A stretch of 64,000 nucleotides of DNA from a virus: IMG/VR virus record IMGVR_UViG_3300036829_000104, positions 19,598-83,597 of that record. One strand, written 5' to 3'. The notes beneath the pieces were generated by a model. It saw only the letters and a program-made list of their open reading frames with translations, searched no databases and was not told the DNA's origin. The position numbers and the translations under genes were made by a program. Numbering within the stretch: position 1 is the stretch's first letter; every line of letters starts with the position of its first letter. Positions 35,895 through 45,953 of this stretch are shown here, piece after piece.

Positions 35895-37326
35895 CCGCCC
35901 GACGCTGGGCGGGCAGGTCGCGAACGTCGCGGCGAAGCTGGGCAAGCCGTTCATGCCGTGGCAGCGGTATGTCGCCGACGTGGTGATGGAGATCGACCCG
36001 GCGACCGGGCAGCTCGCGTACTCGGAGATGGGACTGACGGTCCCGCGGCAGTCGGGGAAGTCGACGTGGGTGCTGGCCAAGGCCGTGCACCGGGCGTCGG
36101 CCACGAAGTTTTTCGGGGCGCGGCAGCACCTGGTGTATACGGCGCAGACCCGGCTGAAGGCGCGGGAGAAGTGGGAAGAGGACTTCCTCACCGAGCTTGA
36201 GGCGTCGAGCGCGTTCAGGCACCGGTTCAAGCCGCACCTGGCGAACGGCACCGAGCATCTGCGGTTCGTGAACGGTTCCCGGTTCGGCCTCGAGGCGGGG
36301 ACGGAGAAGGCCGGGCACGGCGGGACGCTGGACGAGGCCTACATCGACGAGGCGTTCGCGCAGTCTGACTGGCGGCTGGAGCAGGCGTTCGGCCCGGCGA
36401 TGATCACGCGGGCGAACAAGCTGCTGGCGTGGATCTCGACGGCGGGATGGCTCGGCGGCTCGCAGTACCTGGCGGACAAGGTTGAGATCGGCCGGGCAGC
36501 GGTCGAGGAGGGCCGGACACGCGGCCTGGCGTACTTCGAGTGGTCGGCGGCGGATAGCGCGGACCCGGGGGACCCGGCAACCTGGTATGCGTGCATGCCG
36601 GCGCTCGGCTACACGATCAGCGAGGACGCGATCCGCGCCGAGTACGAGAAGGCGCGCGACGCCGGGAAGCTCAACGAGTTCGAGCGCGCCTACCTGAACC
36701 GGTGGGTGCCGAAGCAGGTGCAGGCGTCCCGTTCGGCGCTGGACCTGGCCGGGTGGGAGCGGAACGCGGACCCGGCGTCGGAGATCACCTCCCGGGTCGC
36801 GATCGGGTTCTCGATCGCACCGGACTTGTCGTCGGCGGCGATCGGGGTTGCGGGGCGGCGGGCAGACGGCCTCGGCCACCTCGAGCTGACGGATCACCGC
36901 GAGGGCACGGCGTGGGTGACGGACCGGCTGCTGGAGATGGCGAAGCGGTGGGGCCCGTGCGCGATCGTGCTGAACCCGTCGTCGGCCGCCGCAGCGATCG
37001 AGAAGGACCTGATCGAGCGCGGCGTGAAGCCGAAGCCCGGCCCGGGCGAGTACCTGCTGCACGTGGTGGGCGGCCGGGAGTGGGCGCAGGCGTGCGTTGC
37101 GCTCGCGCGGGACGTGACCGGCGACCGGCTGCGGGTCCTGCCGGCGCCGCCGCTGGACGACGCGGCACGGGACGCGGTGCGGCGGAAGCTCGGGGATTCG
37201 TGGGCGTTCGCGGAGAGGCCTGACGGCGCGGACATCCGCCCGCTCGAGGCCGTGACGCTCGCGAGGCACGGGTTCATGACCCACGGCCTCGCGGAGCCGG
37301 CGGACCCGTTCGTGATCTTCGGATAG
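35815..37326 (+). CDS. terL: terminase large subunit
   Basis: MPWQ, VPRQSGKS Walker A, YIDEAF Walker B, STAG, MPALG. Confidence 0.95.
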   Translation: MMTAMSLRTSYPSLSCPPRFGTPRSPDRPTLGGQVANVAAKLGKPFMPWQRYVADVVMEIDPATGQLAYSEMGLTVPRQSGKSTWVLAKAVHRASATKFFGARQHLVYTAQTRLKAREKWEEDFLTELEASSAFRHRFKPHLANGTEHLRFVNGSRFGLEAGTEKAGHGGTLDEAYIDEAFAQSDWRLEQAFGPAMITRANKLLAWISTAGWLGGSQYLADKVEIGRAAVEEGRTRGLAYFEWSAADSADPGDPATWYACMPALGYTISEDAIRAEYEKARDAGKLNEFERAYLNRWVPKQVQASRSALDLAGWERNADPASEITSRVAIGFSIAPDLSSAAIGVAGRRADGLGHLELTDHREGTAWVTDRLLEMAKRWGPCAIVLNPSSAAAAIEKDLIERGVKPKPGPGEYLLHVVGGREWAQACVALARDVTGDRLRVLPAPPLDDAARDAVRRKLGDSWAFAERPDGADIRPLEAVTLARHGFMTHGLAEPADPFVIFG

Positions 37327-37333
37327 GAGGAGC

Positions 37334-37579
37334 GTGACTGGCATGCCGGCGGTCATCACGGCTGAGGCGTTCGCGAGGGCGCTGGCCGGGGCAGGCGTCA
37401 TCCACGATATCCATCGCGTGCGCCGCGTCGTGGTCGACGCCGAGGCCGGATCCGCGGTCCGCGTCTATGTCGAGCGGTACGGCGACGAGCGGCTGCTGAA
37501 CGTCGTCCCGACGCTCAACGGCATTGAGATCATCGGCGTCCCGGCGGGCCCGGCCAACGACGAACGCAGGGAGCGGTGA
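37334..37579 (+). CDS. hypothetical protein
   Basis: GGAGGAG RBS. Confidence 0.65.
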   Translation: MTGMPAVITAEAFARALAGAGVIHDIHRVRRVVVDAEAGSAVRVYVERYGDERLLNVVPTLNGIEIIGVPAGPANDERRER

Positions 37580-37815
37580 TGACGGTTCTCGATCACGTCC
37601 CGGTAGAGCGAATCAGCGAGCGGGCCTCGTCGGTGCGGTTCTCCCGGGTCCTCGTCGCGGTGGTCGCCGGCGTCCTGTTCGGGCTCGGCTGGGTCGCGTA
37701 CAAGACCCTCGCAGTCGTGTGGTTCGCCGCGGTCTGGTGCGCGATGGCTGTTGCAGAGGGATGGGCTGATGCACGCAGGGGACAGGTGACACGTGGGCCT
37801 GCCCGAGCGGGTTAA
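37576..37815 (+). CDS. small membrane protein
   Basis: Hydrophobic ORF preceding the portal gene. Confidence 0.65.
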   Translation: MMTVLDHVPVERISERASSVRFSRVLVAVVAGVLFGLGWVAYKTLAVVWFAAVWCAMAVAEGWADARRGQVTRGPARAG

Positions 37816-39841
37816 CGCCCGCGCGTCCCGAGCCCTGTCGCGGCGAACGGGCGGCGCCCTGTCGTGGGACGAGTACCAGTCGTATTTCGACTTCGGCGGC
37901 CCCGGTGCGCCGCTCCTGCAGACGACGATGGGGTCGCTGGACCGGGAGAAAGTCGCCGCCTCCGCGGTCGCCGCCTACAAGGCGTCGGGGCCGGTGTTCG
38001 CGCTGGTGATGGCCCGGATGCAGGTGTTCTCCCAGGTGCGGTTCCAGTGGACCCGGTTCTCCGGCAGCCTGCCCGGTGACCTGTTCGGCACGCCAGAGCT
38101 CGGGGTGCTGGAGAAGCCGTGGCCGAACGGGACGACCGCGGACCTGCTGGCCCGCATGGAGATGCACAACTCCCTCGCCGGGAACGCGTACGTGCGGCGC
38201 ACCCGAGTCGACCAGCTGAACGTGCTGCGGCCGGACCTGGTGACGATCATCCTCGGCTCGCAGGAGAACGAGGCGGACCCGGCGCTGGCCGCCGACACCG
38301 AGGTCGCCGGCTACTTCTACACGCCGGCCGGGGGCAGGCCGCAGATCTTCCTGCCTGACGAGATCGCGCACTTCGCGCCGGTCCCGGACCCGTGGTTCCA
38401 CTTCCTCGGCCAGTCGTGGATCACGCCGGTGCTGCGGGAACTACAGGGCGACATGGCCGCCACCGAGCACAAGTGGGCGTTCTTCCAGAACTCCGCAACA
38501 CCTAACCTCGCGGTCAAGTTCGACCCCGCGCTGACGATCGACAAGGTGCGGGCCTTCAAGGAACTGATGGAGGAGGAGCACCGGGGAGTCCGCAACGCGT
38601 TCCGCACGCTCTACCTCGGCGGCGGCGCGGACCCGACGACGGTCGGGTCCAGTTTCAAGGACATGGATTACGCGGTGATCCAGGGCCGCGCCGAGTCCCG
38701 GCTCGCCTCCGCAGCGGGCGTGCCGCCGTCCTGGGTCGGGTTCGCTGAGGGCCTCCAGGGCTCCAGCCTCAACGCCGGGAACTTCGACTCGGCTCGCAGG
38801 CGGTTCGCTGACGGAACACTTGTTCACCTTTGGACCAACGCGGCCGCGTCGCTGGGGTCGATCCTCACGCCCCCGGACCAGTTCTCGCAGCTGTGGTATG
38901 ACTCGCGTGTCCCGTTCATGCGGGAAGACGCCGGGGACCTCGCGAAGATCCAGGCGCAGCAGGCGCAGACGATCGCGGCGCTGGTGCGGGAAGGGTTCAC
39001 CCCGGAGTCGGTAAAGCTGGCGGTCGCGAACAACGACATGAACCTGCTCGAGCACACCGGGATGCTGAGCGTGCAGCTGTGGGAGCCGGGCGCGGAGAGT
39101 TCCGCTCACCCGGAGCCGGGCGCGGAGTCGCCGTCAGTACCGGCGGGCGTTCCCGCAGGACCGCCGGCGCCTGCCGGGCAGCCCGCCGTGGTGAACGGCG
39201 CGGCGAACGGCGCGACTCCGGCGCTGCATGCGGGCGGCGCGGCGAACGGCAAGCCGGTCTCATCCGCGAACGGGAAGGCCGTCCCGGCGCGTAGCATCCG
39301 CGCGATGAACGGCTACCCGGACGGAGAGCAGTCCCCGCAACCGGGCATGATCTCGCTCGACCTGCCCGACGGGACGATCGACCCGCTGCCCGGCGGCGTC
39401 ACCGACCATCACGTGACCGTCGTCTACCTCGGCCCCGACGTCGACGACACGGCGTTCACGCAGGCATGCGCACGCGCGCTCCAGGCCGCCACCGACGCGC
39501 CCGGGCCGCTCGCCGGGACGGTCGACGGGCTCGGCACGTTCCCGCCGTCGGATGCCAGCGACGGGAAGACGCCCGTGTACGCGGACGCGGACCTGCCGGG
39601 CGCGCAGGCGCTCCGCGACGCCCTCGCCGACCTGTCGCAAAGCGAGTTCACCGACTGGGTGCCGCACGTCACCTTGTGCTATGCGGGACCGGATGACGAG
39701 CTTCCGCCGCCGGTGCCCTCAACCCCGGTCACGGTCTCGCACCTGTCGGTCCACCGCGGTGATGACGTGATGCGGTTCCCGCTCGGCGGCGCCGCCGCGG
39801 CGTCCGGCGCGAACGGCAAGGTCCCGGCACACGCCGGCTGA
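37793..39841 (+). CDS. portal protein with C-terminal 2H phosphodiesterase domain
   Basis: HK97-like portal (GNAYV, LRPD, FFQNSATP, GVPP); HVTVVY and HVTLCY 2H motifs after an Ala/Pro linker. Confidence 0.9.
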   Translation: MGLPERVNARASRALSRRTGGALSWDEYQSYFDFGGPGAPLLQTTMGSLDREKVAASAVAAYKASGPVFALVMARMQVFSQVRFQWTRFSGSLPGDLFGTPELGVLEKPWPNGTTADLLARMEMHNSLAGNAYVRRTRVDQLNVLRPDLVTIILGSQENEADPALAADTEVAGYFYTPAGGRPQIFLPDEIAHFAPVPDPWFHFLGQSWITPVLRELQGDMAATEHKWAFFQNSATPNLAVKFDPALTIDKVRAFKELMEEEHRGVRNAFRTLYLGGGADPTTVGSSFKDMDYAVIQGRAESRLASAAGVPPSWVGFAEGLQGSSLNAGNFDSARRRFADGTLVHLWTNAAASLGSILTPPDQFSQLWYDSRVPFMREDAGDLAKIQAQQAQTIAALVREGFTPESVKLAVANNDMNLLEHTGMLSVQLWEPGAESSAHPEPGAESPSVPAGVPAGPPAPAGQPAVVNGAANGATPALHAGGAANGKPVSSANGKAVPARSIRAMNGYPDGEQSPQPGMISLDLPDGTIDPLPGGVTDHHVTVVYLGPDVDDTAFTQACARALQAATDAPGPLAGTVDGLGTFPPSDASDGKTPVYADADLPGAQALRDALADLSQSEFTDWVPHVTLCYAGPDDELPPPVPSTPVTVSHLSVHRGDDVMRFPLGGAAAASGANGKVPAHAG

Positions 39842-39930
39842 CCCCATCACATCCCTTTCAGCGGGCCTCCCCGTGCGGGCCCGTTTCTGACGCTGCCCAG
39901 CCATCGACAAAGGAGAGGCGGCCGCTGTTC

Positions 39931-42900
39931 ATGACGGAAACCGATCGCAGGGTGCGCCGCGCGCTGGACGGCGAGGGCGACGGGCTGCGTTCCCGCGTCC
40001 TGCCGCTGGACGACATCGAGATCCTGTCCCGCTCCAAGGGCGGCGACCCGGACGGGCGCACCGTTGTCGCCTACGCCGCAGCGTTCGGCAAGCCCACCGA
40101 GATCTGGGACCAGGACGGCCACTACACCGAGGAGAACCATCCGCACTCGTTCAACAAGACGGTCGCCGACCGCGGTGTGCGGTTCGGGGCGTTCTACCAC
40201 CACGGCCGCACCCTGCAAGGTACCCCGTCGGAGCGCGGGTCGGTGCCGATCGGCCGGCCGGCCCTCGTCCAGCCGGACGGCAAGGGCCTGCTGACCCACA
40301 CCGTCTACAACCGGACCCAGCTTGCCGACGACGTGCTGGACAGCATCCGCAACGGCGACCCGATGGGCATGTCGTACACCGGCGCCTACCTGCAGTCCGA
40401 CCCGGGGAACGGCCCCTTCCGGGCACGCAGCGACGGCTCCTTGCCGCACGTGGTGCGCAAGGAAATCGCCTTGATCGAGTTTGGGCCCACCCCCACGCCG
40501 GCCTACGAGGACGCGGAGATCCTCGGCGTGCGTGCCGCGCAGCTGCGTGAGGCGGCCCGTGCCGCCCGGGCGTCCGGGGCGGAGCCGTACCAGCGTCACG
40601 CCGGCGAAGACGTGCAGTGCCCTGACTGCGGCTGCTTCAACGAGGCGGACGCCAACTACTGCGACCAGTGCGGCATCCAGCTGCCTGATTCAGCGTTCCC
40701 GGACGGGCGGCAGCCCTACCAGCGGGATCCGGGCGAAGACGTGCAGTGCCCCGCCTGCGAGCGGTACGACATGCCGGACGCGATCTTCTGCGACCAGTGC
40801 GGGGCGCAACTCCCCGCCTCGGCGTACGAGGGCAGCCCGGCGCCGCCCGGCGGGACAGACTCGATGACCGCGGCGGACGGCCCGGTGGCGGACACGACCG
40901 CGGGACGCGCGGCGTCGACCGCGCGGCACGAGCCGGTCAACGGCAGCCACTCCCACCCGCACCCGGCATACGGGGCGCAGGGCGGCGACGCCACCCACAG
41001 CCACGAGCACGCCCACGACGGCGACGCGAACCACCAGCACTCCCACGACCAGCCGGACCCCGGCGACGAGCCGGCGGGCGGAGACATGCCAGGCCGCAGC
41101 AGCGACCCGGCCACGGTCCTGTCCGCGCACTTCGGCTGGACACCGGAACAGGTCGAGGCGCTCGACGAGCAGGAGCGGTCGCTGCTGCTCGCCAGCATCA
41201 GCGCTGCCCACGGTGGCGGCCCGCACGAGCGCGCCGACGTCGATAACAGCACGTGGGACGGCAACGCCGCGATGGCCGCGTGCAAGACCGCCTCTGATTA
41301 CCGGGCGATCTGCGCCGGCGAGAAGACCACCGGCACGCCGGACGAGCGGCAGCACTGGGCTCTCCCGCACCACTCGAAGCCCGATGCTCCGCCGAACGCC
41401 AACGGGGTCCGCAACAGCCTGTCGCGGCTGCCGCAGACCCAGGACCTCGCGAACAAGCAGGCCGCCGAGGCGCATCTGCAGGCCCACATGAGGACGATCA
41501 GCCCCGGCGGAGACTCCGGCGGGGATGACTCGGGCACTTCCGGCAGAAGCGAGACCACCCCGGCCGCCGCAAGCGGCACCGGGGCCGGAACCGCACCGGA
41601 AGCCGCACCCGCAGTAAGGACCGTGAAGCCGCATGAGCACTCCACGGGTGACACCGAAACCGGAAGTGAAAGGAAAGATGCCGTGGAAGGCATGACGATC
41701 GAGCAGCGGGTCGCCCGGCGAGGGGAAATCGACTCGCGGATCCTCGCGATCAGCGAGGAGCACGGCGAGCGGGCGTTCCCGCCCGAGGTGCAGACCGAGT
41801 GGGACACGCTCAACACCGAGCTGGACGAGCACTCCCGCGCAATCGACGAGCACGAGCGCGCCCTGACCGCGCGCCGGGAGCGAGTCGCGGCGATCGCCGC
41901 CCGGCAGAACCCGGGCACCGGCGGCACCGCGCCGGGGGAGCGGGTCGACGGCACGGCCACCGGCTACAACGCCCCGTCCGGCACGGGTGAGCGCGGCGCT
42001 CCGGCGCTGCTGCCCGGCCGTACCAGCGACGACATTTACGACGTGACCGCGATCCGGTCCCGTGCTTCCAGCCCCGAGCATCTCGCGGGCCTGTACCGGG
42101 ACAACGCGCTGCGCGCGATCGAGCGGGGCACCTTCCCCGGCTCGGACTCCCGGGAGCGCTCGCAGGGCACCGTGGAGCGCCTGCTGCACCGCTGCGACAA
42201 CGAGGAAGGCGTCCTCGCCCGCCGCATCCTGGTCACAGGCAACCCGGTTTACATGCGGGCGTACGCGAAGTACGTGGCCCGTCTCGGCGGGGGCGGGCTG
42301 AGCCAGGAGGAGGCGCAGGCGCTCGAGCGCGGCCGGGCGATGGCGGTCGGCACGGGCGCGGACGGCGGTTTCGCGGTCCCCTTCCAGCTCGACCCGACGG
42401 TCATCCTCACTTCCGACGGGGCGATCAACCCGCTGCGGCAGATCTCCCGCGTGGAGCAGATCGTGGGCAAGGAGTTCGACCTTGTCACCTCCACCGGGGT
42501 GACGGTGACCCGGTCCAATGAGGCGACGCCGATGCCGGACAACTCGCCGACCCTCGCGCAGCCGACGATCAGGGCGGAGCGGCTGACAGGCTTCATCCCG
42601 TTCTCGATGGAAATCGAGCAGGACTGGTCGGCGCTGCAGTCGCAGATGATGATGCTGCTGGCCGACGCGAAGGACGTCGAGGAAGCAGAGTCGTTCACCA
42701 ACGGCAACGGCACCGCGCCGAACGCCGGCGGTATCGTCGCCACCCTGGCCGCGTCCAGCATCATCACGGGCACCGGCACCACCGGGACCCTCGCCGAAGG
42801 CGACCTGTACGCGCTCGAGGACGACATGGCGCCCCGGTTCCGCTCCCGGGCGGTGTGGATGGCGTCCAAGACGTCGTTCAACGCCTACCGGCAGCTGTTC

Positions 42901-43218
42901 ACGCAGACTGCCAGCGCGGCCGGGGACCCGTGGGTGCGTCCCAGCGCCGGCACCCCGCCGGAGCTGCTCGGCTATGGGGCGTACGAGAACTCGGCGATGG
43001 CCTCCACGCACGCCACCGGCGACAAGCCCATCGTCCTGGGTGACTTCAGCCGCGGCTTCCTGATCATCGACCGCTTGGGCATGAGCACTGAAATCGCCCC
43101 GATGCTGTTCGACCCGACGACGGGCCGGCCGACCGGCCAGCGCGGTCTGGTCATGTTCTGGCGGAACAACTCCCGGGTCATCGTGGACAACGCGTTCCGG
43201 ATGATCACCGTCCCGTAA
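39931..43218 (+). CDS. HK97-type prohead protease, accessory domains and major capsid protein in one frame
   Basis: Protease (AYAAAFG, YHHG, GMSY, LIEFGP..PAY); MCP (GGFAVP, LLGY, GDFSRG); strong internal RBS at about 41668. Confidence 0.9.
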   Translation: MTETDRRVRRALDGEGDGLRSRVLPLDDIEILSRSKGGDPDGRTVVAYAAAFGKPTEIWDQDGHYTEENHPHSFNKTVADRGVRFGAFYHHGRTLQGTPSERGSVPIGRPALVQPDGKGLLTHTVYNRTQLADDVLDSIRNGDPMGMSYTGAYLQSDPGNGPFRARSDGSLPHVVRKEIALIEFGPTPTPAYEDAEILGVRAAQLREAARAARASGAEPYQRHAGEDVQCPDCGCFNEADANYCDQCGIQLPDSAFPDGRQPYQRDPGEDVQCPACERYDMPDAIFCDQCGAQLPASAYEGSPAPPGGTDSMTAADGPVADTTAGRAASTARHEPVNGSHSHPHPAYGAQGGDATHSHEHAHDGDANHQHSHDQPDPGDEPAGGDMPGRSSDPATVLSAHFGWTPEQVEALDEQERSLLLASISAAHGGGPHERADVDNSTWDGNAAMAACKTASDYRAICAGEKTTGTPDERQHWALPHHSKPDAPPNANGVRNSLSRLPQTQDLANKQAAEAHLQAHMRTISPGGDSGGDDSGTSGRSETTPAAASGTGAGTAPEAAPAVRTVKPHEHSTGDTETGSERKDAVEGMTIEQRVARRGEIDSRILAISEEHGERAFPPEVQTEWDTLNTELDEHSRAIDEHERALTARRERVAAIAARQNPGTGGTAPGERVDGTATGYNAPSGTGERGAPALLPGRTSDDIYDVTAIRSRASSPEHLAGLYRDNALRAIERGTFPGSDSRERSQGTVERLLHRCDNEEGVLARRILVTGNPVYMRAYAKYVARLGGGGLSQEEAQALERGRAMAVGTGADGGFAVPFQLDPTVILTSDGAINPLRQISRVEQIVGKEFDLVTSTGVTVTRSNEATPMPDNSPTLAQPTIRAERLTGFIPFSMEIEQDWSALQSQMMMLLADAKDVEEAESFTNGNGTAPNAGGIVATLAASSIITGTGTTGTLAEGDLYALEDDMAPRFRSRAVWMASKTSFNAYRQLFTQTASAAGDPWVRPSAGTPPELLGYGAYENSAMASTHATGDKPIVLGDFSRGFLIIDRLGMSTEIAPMLFDPTTGRPTGQRGLVMFWRNNSRVIVDNAFRMITVP

Positions 43219-43300
43219 CAACCCGCCATACCGCAGGTCAGCGTCCGCCGTGCCGCACGGCAGACGCTGCCTGGGCGGCAATCCGCGCGAGGAGGCGCAC

Positions 43301-43564
43301 ATGGCTGATGGTGCCATCCTGGTGGCCACGAAGAACGTCCTGACCGACTTCGATGGGCGGCGGGTCATCCTCCGGCGCGGTGTCACCACCGTCCGGGAGG
43401 GTCATCCGCTCCTGAAGGGCCGGGAGTCTCTGTTCGAGCCACTGGTACCCGAGTTCGAGCTCGGGAAGTCCGAGGCCAAGGCCCCGGCGCAGCCGCGCCA
43501 GTCGCAGGGCAGGCCCGGCACCCGGCAGTCCCGGCCAGCGGGGCAGGGCAGCGGGAGTGAGTGA
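43301..43564 (+). CDS. small head-associated protein
   Basis: GAGGAGG RBS; directly after the capsid gene. Confidence 0.7.
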   Translation: MADGAILVATKNVLTDFDGRRVILRRGVTTVREGHPLLKGRESLFEPLVPEFELGKSEAKAPAQPRQSQGRPGTRQSRPAGQGSGSE

Positions 43565-43736
43565 CGCCGGCGAAGCGGCGGGGGACGACGGCAGCACGCC
43601 CGCCGACCCCGCCGCAGCGCCGGACGCCGGGGACGAGCAGCAGATCCCGCCGGGACTGCTGGTATCCGTGGACTCCAGAGGCGGTTATGCGGTGCCCCGC
43701 CAGCTTGACGGGCACCGGGGGAGGGGAACGCGGTGA
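43557..43736 (+). CDS. 59-aa acidic protein with a capsid-like GGYAVPRQLD motif
   Basis: Manual translation; overlaps both neighbours. Confidence 0.45.
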   Translation: MSDAGEAAGDDGSTPADPAAAPDAGDEQQIPPGLLVSVDSRGGYAVPRQLDGHRGRGTR

Positions 43737-44551
43737 TCGACCTCGGCGCTCCCGTCCCGCTCGCCTTCCCCGTCCTCGACGACGCCGGCAACCCGGCGAA
43801 CGCGGACACGGTGACGCTGACGGTCACGCTCCCGGATGGGACCGCCGACCAGCCCGCCGTCACGAACCCGCCCGCCTTGCCCGGCCAGTACCGCTACTCG
43901 TATGTGCCCGCGCAGCCGGGGCGGCATGTCGTCCGGTGGGTCGCGGCCAGCCCGGCGGCCGCGTACACGGACATGTTCGACGTCGCCCCCGCGAATGTGC
44001 CGTCGATCGTGTCGCTGGCCGACGCGAAGCAGTTCCTCGGCATCGACCCCGACGACACCAGCGAGAACGACGAGCTGCGGGCGTGGCTCGCGGGCGTCAC
44101 TTCGGTCATCGAGCGGGAGAAGAACGAGGTCATCGCCCGCCGCCAGATCACCGACACGGACTGGAACGAGCATCCGCGCAGCGTCCGGCTGTGGCATGTG
44201 CCGGTGATATCCCTCGATTCCCTCGCGTCCGCGGACGGCACGAGGACGTGGGACGTCACTGCCGACGTGCGGGTCAATCCTGAGACCGGGCTGGTGCGGC
44301 TGGTGAACGGGCGGCAGTCGCTGTACGGCGACATCACCGCCGTCTACACGGCCGGATACCAGGTGATCCCGTACCACCTCATGCAGGCGTCGCTGGTGCT
44401 GCTGCAGCACGTGTGGGAGACGCAGCGAGGCCCGGCGTCGGTCGGCGGCGGTGTCATCGGCCCGGAGGAGACAGCCGACTACAAGCAGGCGTTCATGCTC
44501 CCGCGCAAGGTGCGGGAGTGGCTGGGCGAGCCGCGGCCCTCGGTGATCTGA
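43733..44551 (+). CDS. head-tail adaptor
   Basis: IVSLADAKQFL...YTAGY..IP..L.QA.L. Confidence 0.85.
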   Translation: MIDLGAPVPLAFPVLDDAGNPANADTVTLTVTLPDGTADQPAVTNPPALPGQYRYSYVPAQPGRHVVRWVAASPAAAYTDMFDVAPANVPSIVSLADAKQFLGIDPDDTSENDELRAWLAGVTSVIEREKNEVIARRQITDTDWNEHPRSVRLWHVPVISLDSLASADGTRTWDVTADVRVNPETGLVRLVNGRQSLYGDITAVYTAGYQVIPYHLMQASLVLLQHVWETQRGPASVGGGVIGPEETADYKQAFMLPRKVREWLGEPRPSVI

Positions 44552-45042
44552 TGCCTGCGTCGAAGCCGACTGTTCCCGCGGCGCTCGCCGGTCTGGTCAC
44601 CATGTTCCGTGACGCTCCCGGCCTGGAGGGCGCCGTGATCTTCGACGGGCCGGTCGTCAGCGAGTCGAAAGCACCTGCGGCGATCGCGGTCGGGTTCACC
44701 GGGGAGCGCATGTCCCGCACCGGCGCCTACCCTGAGCCCGGCACCCCGGCCGTCGACTACGACGCCGCAGTCGACGGGCTGGTGACGGCGCCGCAGGCCG
44801 AGACGTACACGATCCGGAACCTGCTGGCGGTCCTGAACGGGTCCGGGAACGCCGCCGCGGCACGGGAACGCGCCTACGAACTGCTCGCCGAATGCGGGCA
44901 GGTGATCGCCGGGGACAAGACCCTCGGCGGGGCGGTCGCAATGGCGCACATGGGAACCCACACGCTCGACCAGGAGCAGGGTCCGCGGGGTGCGGTCGCC
45001 ACGATCGTGTTCGAGGTGGCGGTCAGCGGCTGGACTCGCTGA
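44551..45042 (+). CDS. tail terminator/completion protein
   Basis: Synteny; DKTLGG motif. Confidence 0.65.
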   Translation: MPASKPTVPAALAGLVTMFRDAPGLEGAVIFDGPVVSESKAPAAIAVGFTGERMSRTGAYPEPGTPAVDYDAAVDGLVTAPQAETYTIRNLLAVLNGSGNAAAARERAYELLAECGQVIAGDKTLGGAVAMAHMGTHTLDQEQGPRGAVATIVFEVAVSGWTR

Positions 45043-45289
45043 CCCGGCGCATGTCGGACGCGAGCCGTCCCAGCATCTCCTGACGCTCCCGCAGATGCCG
45101 CCGCGCCCGGCGCTTGACCATTCCGCGGACCGCCAGGATCACCACGGTCGCCACGGCGCCGAGGATCCCCGCGAGAGCCGCGCTCAGCACGCCCGTCCGC
45201 GCCAGCCAGTACGCCGCGCAGGCGTCCGCGATGACCAGCACTATCCAGCCGCTGAGCCTGTCGCCGCCGTCCGATCTGCCGCTGCCCAT
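45023..45289 (-). CDS. antisense 2-TM membrane protein (moron)
   Basis: GGAAGGA RBS; fills a gap in the tail operon. Confidence 0.6.
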   Translation of the reverse strand: MGSGRSDGGDRLSGWIVLVIADACAAYWLARTGVLSAALAGILGAVATVVILAVRGMVKRRARRHLRERQEMLGRLASDMRRVSESSR

Positions 45290-45393
45290 GATCCGTCCTT
45301 CCGTCCGCTTTTGTGCGAGTGCTCCCAGTCTCTGACGCGCAGGAGCGGCTCGCGGTTCACCGCGCCGGCTAAACCACCCCGAAAGGAACGCGC

Positions 45394-45732
45394 ATGGCAA
45401 CCCTGCCAGTGAAGGTGATCCCGCACGGCGGCCTCTCGCTGGCCGCCGCGGACTATGCCGCGGCGACCGCGTCTGGCGGCGACAAGGCCCCGACCGGCTC
45501 CGGCGTCGTGCTGCTGGTGAAGAACGGCGACTCGGCGGCGCACACGGTGACGCTGGCCGTGCCGGAGACGGTCGACGGCCTGACGGTGAACTCGCGGCCG
45601 GTCTCGGTGCCGGCGGGCGATACGGGCTTCATCCCGCTGCTGGACCTGTACAAGTCGCCGTCGGACGGCCTGGCGACGTTCACCTACGACAACACGACGA
45701 GCGTGACCGTCGCCGTGATCAGGGCCGCCTGA
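45394..45732 (+). CDS. virion structural protein
   Basis: GAAAGGA RBS; beta-rich. Confidence 0.75.
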   Translation: MATLPVKVIPHGGLSLAAADYAAATASGGDKAPTGSGVVLLVKNGDSAAHTVTLAVPETVDGLTVNSRPVSVPAGDTGFIPLLDLYKSPSDGLATFTYDNTTSVTVAVIRAA

Positions 45733-45950
45733 TGGAGTGGACCTGGATCGAGCACCCGGTGACCGGCCTGACGGCACGCATCGCCCGCCCGGCGCTCGCC
45801 CACCACCTGCGCTGCGGCTGGGTCGAGACGGCCGCGCCGGAGGCCGCGCCCGCGCCGGTACCCGCGAAGCCCGAACCTGACGAGACGCCGGACGCCGCGT
45901 CACCCGAGGATGTCCCGCCGCCGGGCGGGCCAGACAAGACAGGAGAGTGA
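45732..45950 (+). CDS. hypothetical protein
   Basis: Coupled ORF. Confidence 0.6.
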   Translation: MEWTWIEHPVTGLTARIARPALAHHLRCGWVETAAPEAAPAPVPAKPEPDETPDAASPEDVPPPGGPDKTGE

Positions 45951-45953
45951 GCC

